Origin: Lama guanicoe
Taxonomy: Eukaryota
Length of the DNA stretch: 64,000 bases
Assembly: GCA_013239625.1 (NCBI GenBank)
Contig: MU053629.1
Coordinates: forward strand, 4,119,567 to 4,183,566
Direction: 5' to 3'
Under the pieces are notes generated by a model that saw only the letters and a list, made by a program, of their open reading frames with translations, was not told the DNA's origin and did not search any database. Within the stretch, counting starts at the first letter, position 1. Every line of letters begins with the position of its first letter. Shown one piece after another: positions 62,587 through 64,000 of this stretch. A program made the position numbers and the translations under genes.

Positions 62587-63546
62587 TGTCTGGAAAACTC
62601 CTCCACGTGTCTGCCCTGTTCTCCACACTCTAGTCACAGAAAACTTCGCGTCTGATGCTTCTGATGCTTCTGATCACCAAGTGTGTGGTGGGGGCAGGAG
62701 GGGTGGAGGGCGGGTGGGGGTTTCCCACACCCAGCAACTGTTCCTGTTCTCAGAATGTCAGCTGGGTATTACCAGTGTAACTCAGTTCTGACACTGTCCA
62801 CCTGCAGGTAGCGTGGGATCCCTCAGATAAGGGCTCAGCCCCACAGGCTTCCCCCTCCCCCCACCTCAGATGCCAGTCACAAGTCCAGGTTGAACCTGTG
62901 CTTCTGAGCCACAGTCTATTGATCAGAGGTTCCTACCCCCCCATCCTGGGGTCCAGTCAGTTGGCTGGAGCAGCTCACAGAACTCCAGAAAACATTTTCC
63001 TGGTTTATAACAGCTGCGTGGAAGGGATGCAAAGGGCAACATATGTGGGAAGGAGCTTGGAGCATCCATGCTCTGTCTGGATCCACAGCCCTCCCCTCGT
63101 CTCCATGTGCTCATCAACCCGGTCGCTATCTGAACCCGATGGTCCTTTTGGGTTTTTATGGAATGTTTGTTACGTAGGCAGGAATGGTTAAATTATTGAC
63201 CGTTGGTGATTGCTCCTGCCTCCAGCCCGTCTCCCCTCTCTGGAGTTGGGGGCAGAGAGGCTGAAAGTTCCTACCTTCTAATCACAAGGTGGGTTTCCCT
63301 GGCAACTGACCCCTCATCCTTCGAGGCTTTCCGTAAACTCAGGTGTTGTTGAAAGGGGCTGGTTATGTAGGGTATGTACAAGATTAACCTATCTCACCTT
63401 TATTGCTTTGGATCTATTTTAGAAACTGTGAACCAAACTAAGTATTACAACAGAAGATGTCCTTATGACTCTTAAATAGGAAATTACAAGAATTTTAGGA
63501 GCTGTGTCCCAAATATATGCTTCTTATTATGCATCACAATATCACA
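62587..63546 (-). mobile_element. Near full-length solo LTR, MER21-like (960 bp)
   Basis: TG...CA termini (tgtctggaaaactc ... cacaatatcaca) with gggg on both flanks; internal cagctgggt, ttctgacactgtccacctg, cagatgccagtcacaagtcc, gagcagctcacagaactc. Confidence 0.85.
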
Positions 63547-63599
63547 GGGGGCCTCTGTAGGGGTTGTTATAAGCCCAGAGAAGTCAGCCTCAGCTGGCT

Positions 63600-63755
63600 G
63601 GTCAGGTCTTCGGCAAGTCACATCATTCTTGTGCCTCAGTTTCTCCAGCAGTAAAATGGGGATAGTGAGAGCTGTCTCTTAGGCTTGTAAGATTGAGTTA
63701 ATACCTGTGCAGAGCTTAGCACACCTTGTCACCTCACTGAGAGCCAGTAAATGGT
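63600..63755 (+). mobile_element. MIR SINE
   Basis: ggcaagtcac...tgtgcctcagtttctcc...gtaaaatggggatagt...ttgagttaatac...gagcttagcaca. Confidence 0.8.
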
Positions 63756-64000
63756 TGGTCCCTTCTTCGCCTTCCCTGGGTGTTTACCAGGCCAAAGATG
63801 ACTCACCTAACATGCTTACCTGTGTTGACAGAGGAACTGCCACACAGTATGGCAGCCTCAGAAAGGTTAAAAAATGCCAGGGAGGCCTCCCAGCCCATCA
63901 GGTGCTGAGATGGGTAAGCACTGTAGTCCAGATCCTTTTTGTGTTTCAGTGTTGGAGCCTGTCCCAACATTTCTCGACCCACAGCCTCTGCGGGTGGGGA

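Overview
Mammalian genomic DNA covering the 5' end of SMAD3: about 36 kb of upstream intergenic sequence, a CpG-island promoter, the first coding exon (ATG 36948, splice donor after 37153, N-terminal MH1 residues 1-69) and about 27 kb of intron 1. This exon is the only supportable protein-coding sequence; the other ORF-track entries are chance ORFs, GC-rich antisense frames or decayed LINE-1 ORF2. The rest is interspersed repeats (L1 3' ends, L2, MIR, hAT MITEs, solo LTRs) plus three short tRNA-derived SINEs resembling camelid Vic-1, which suggests a camelid genome (inference). I see no clear evidence of a new gene system. The best leads are regulatory or structural: a stop-free 187-codon in-frame leader whose ATG lies in an octamer motif, competing 5'UTR pairings, a G-run cluster after a weak donor, a (CG)14(CA)17+ Z-DNA tract, candidate enhancers, and a retrotransposon target site present in three copies. 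Repeat family names come from recalled consensus sequences, and repeat boundaries are approximate unless target-site duplications (TSDs) are given.
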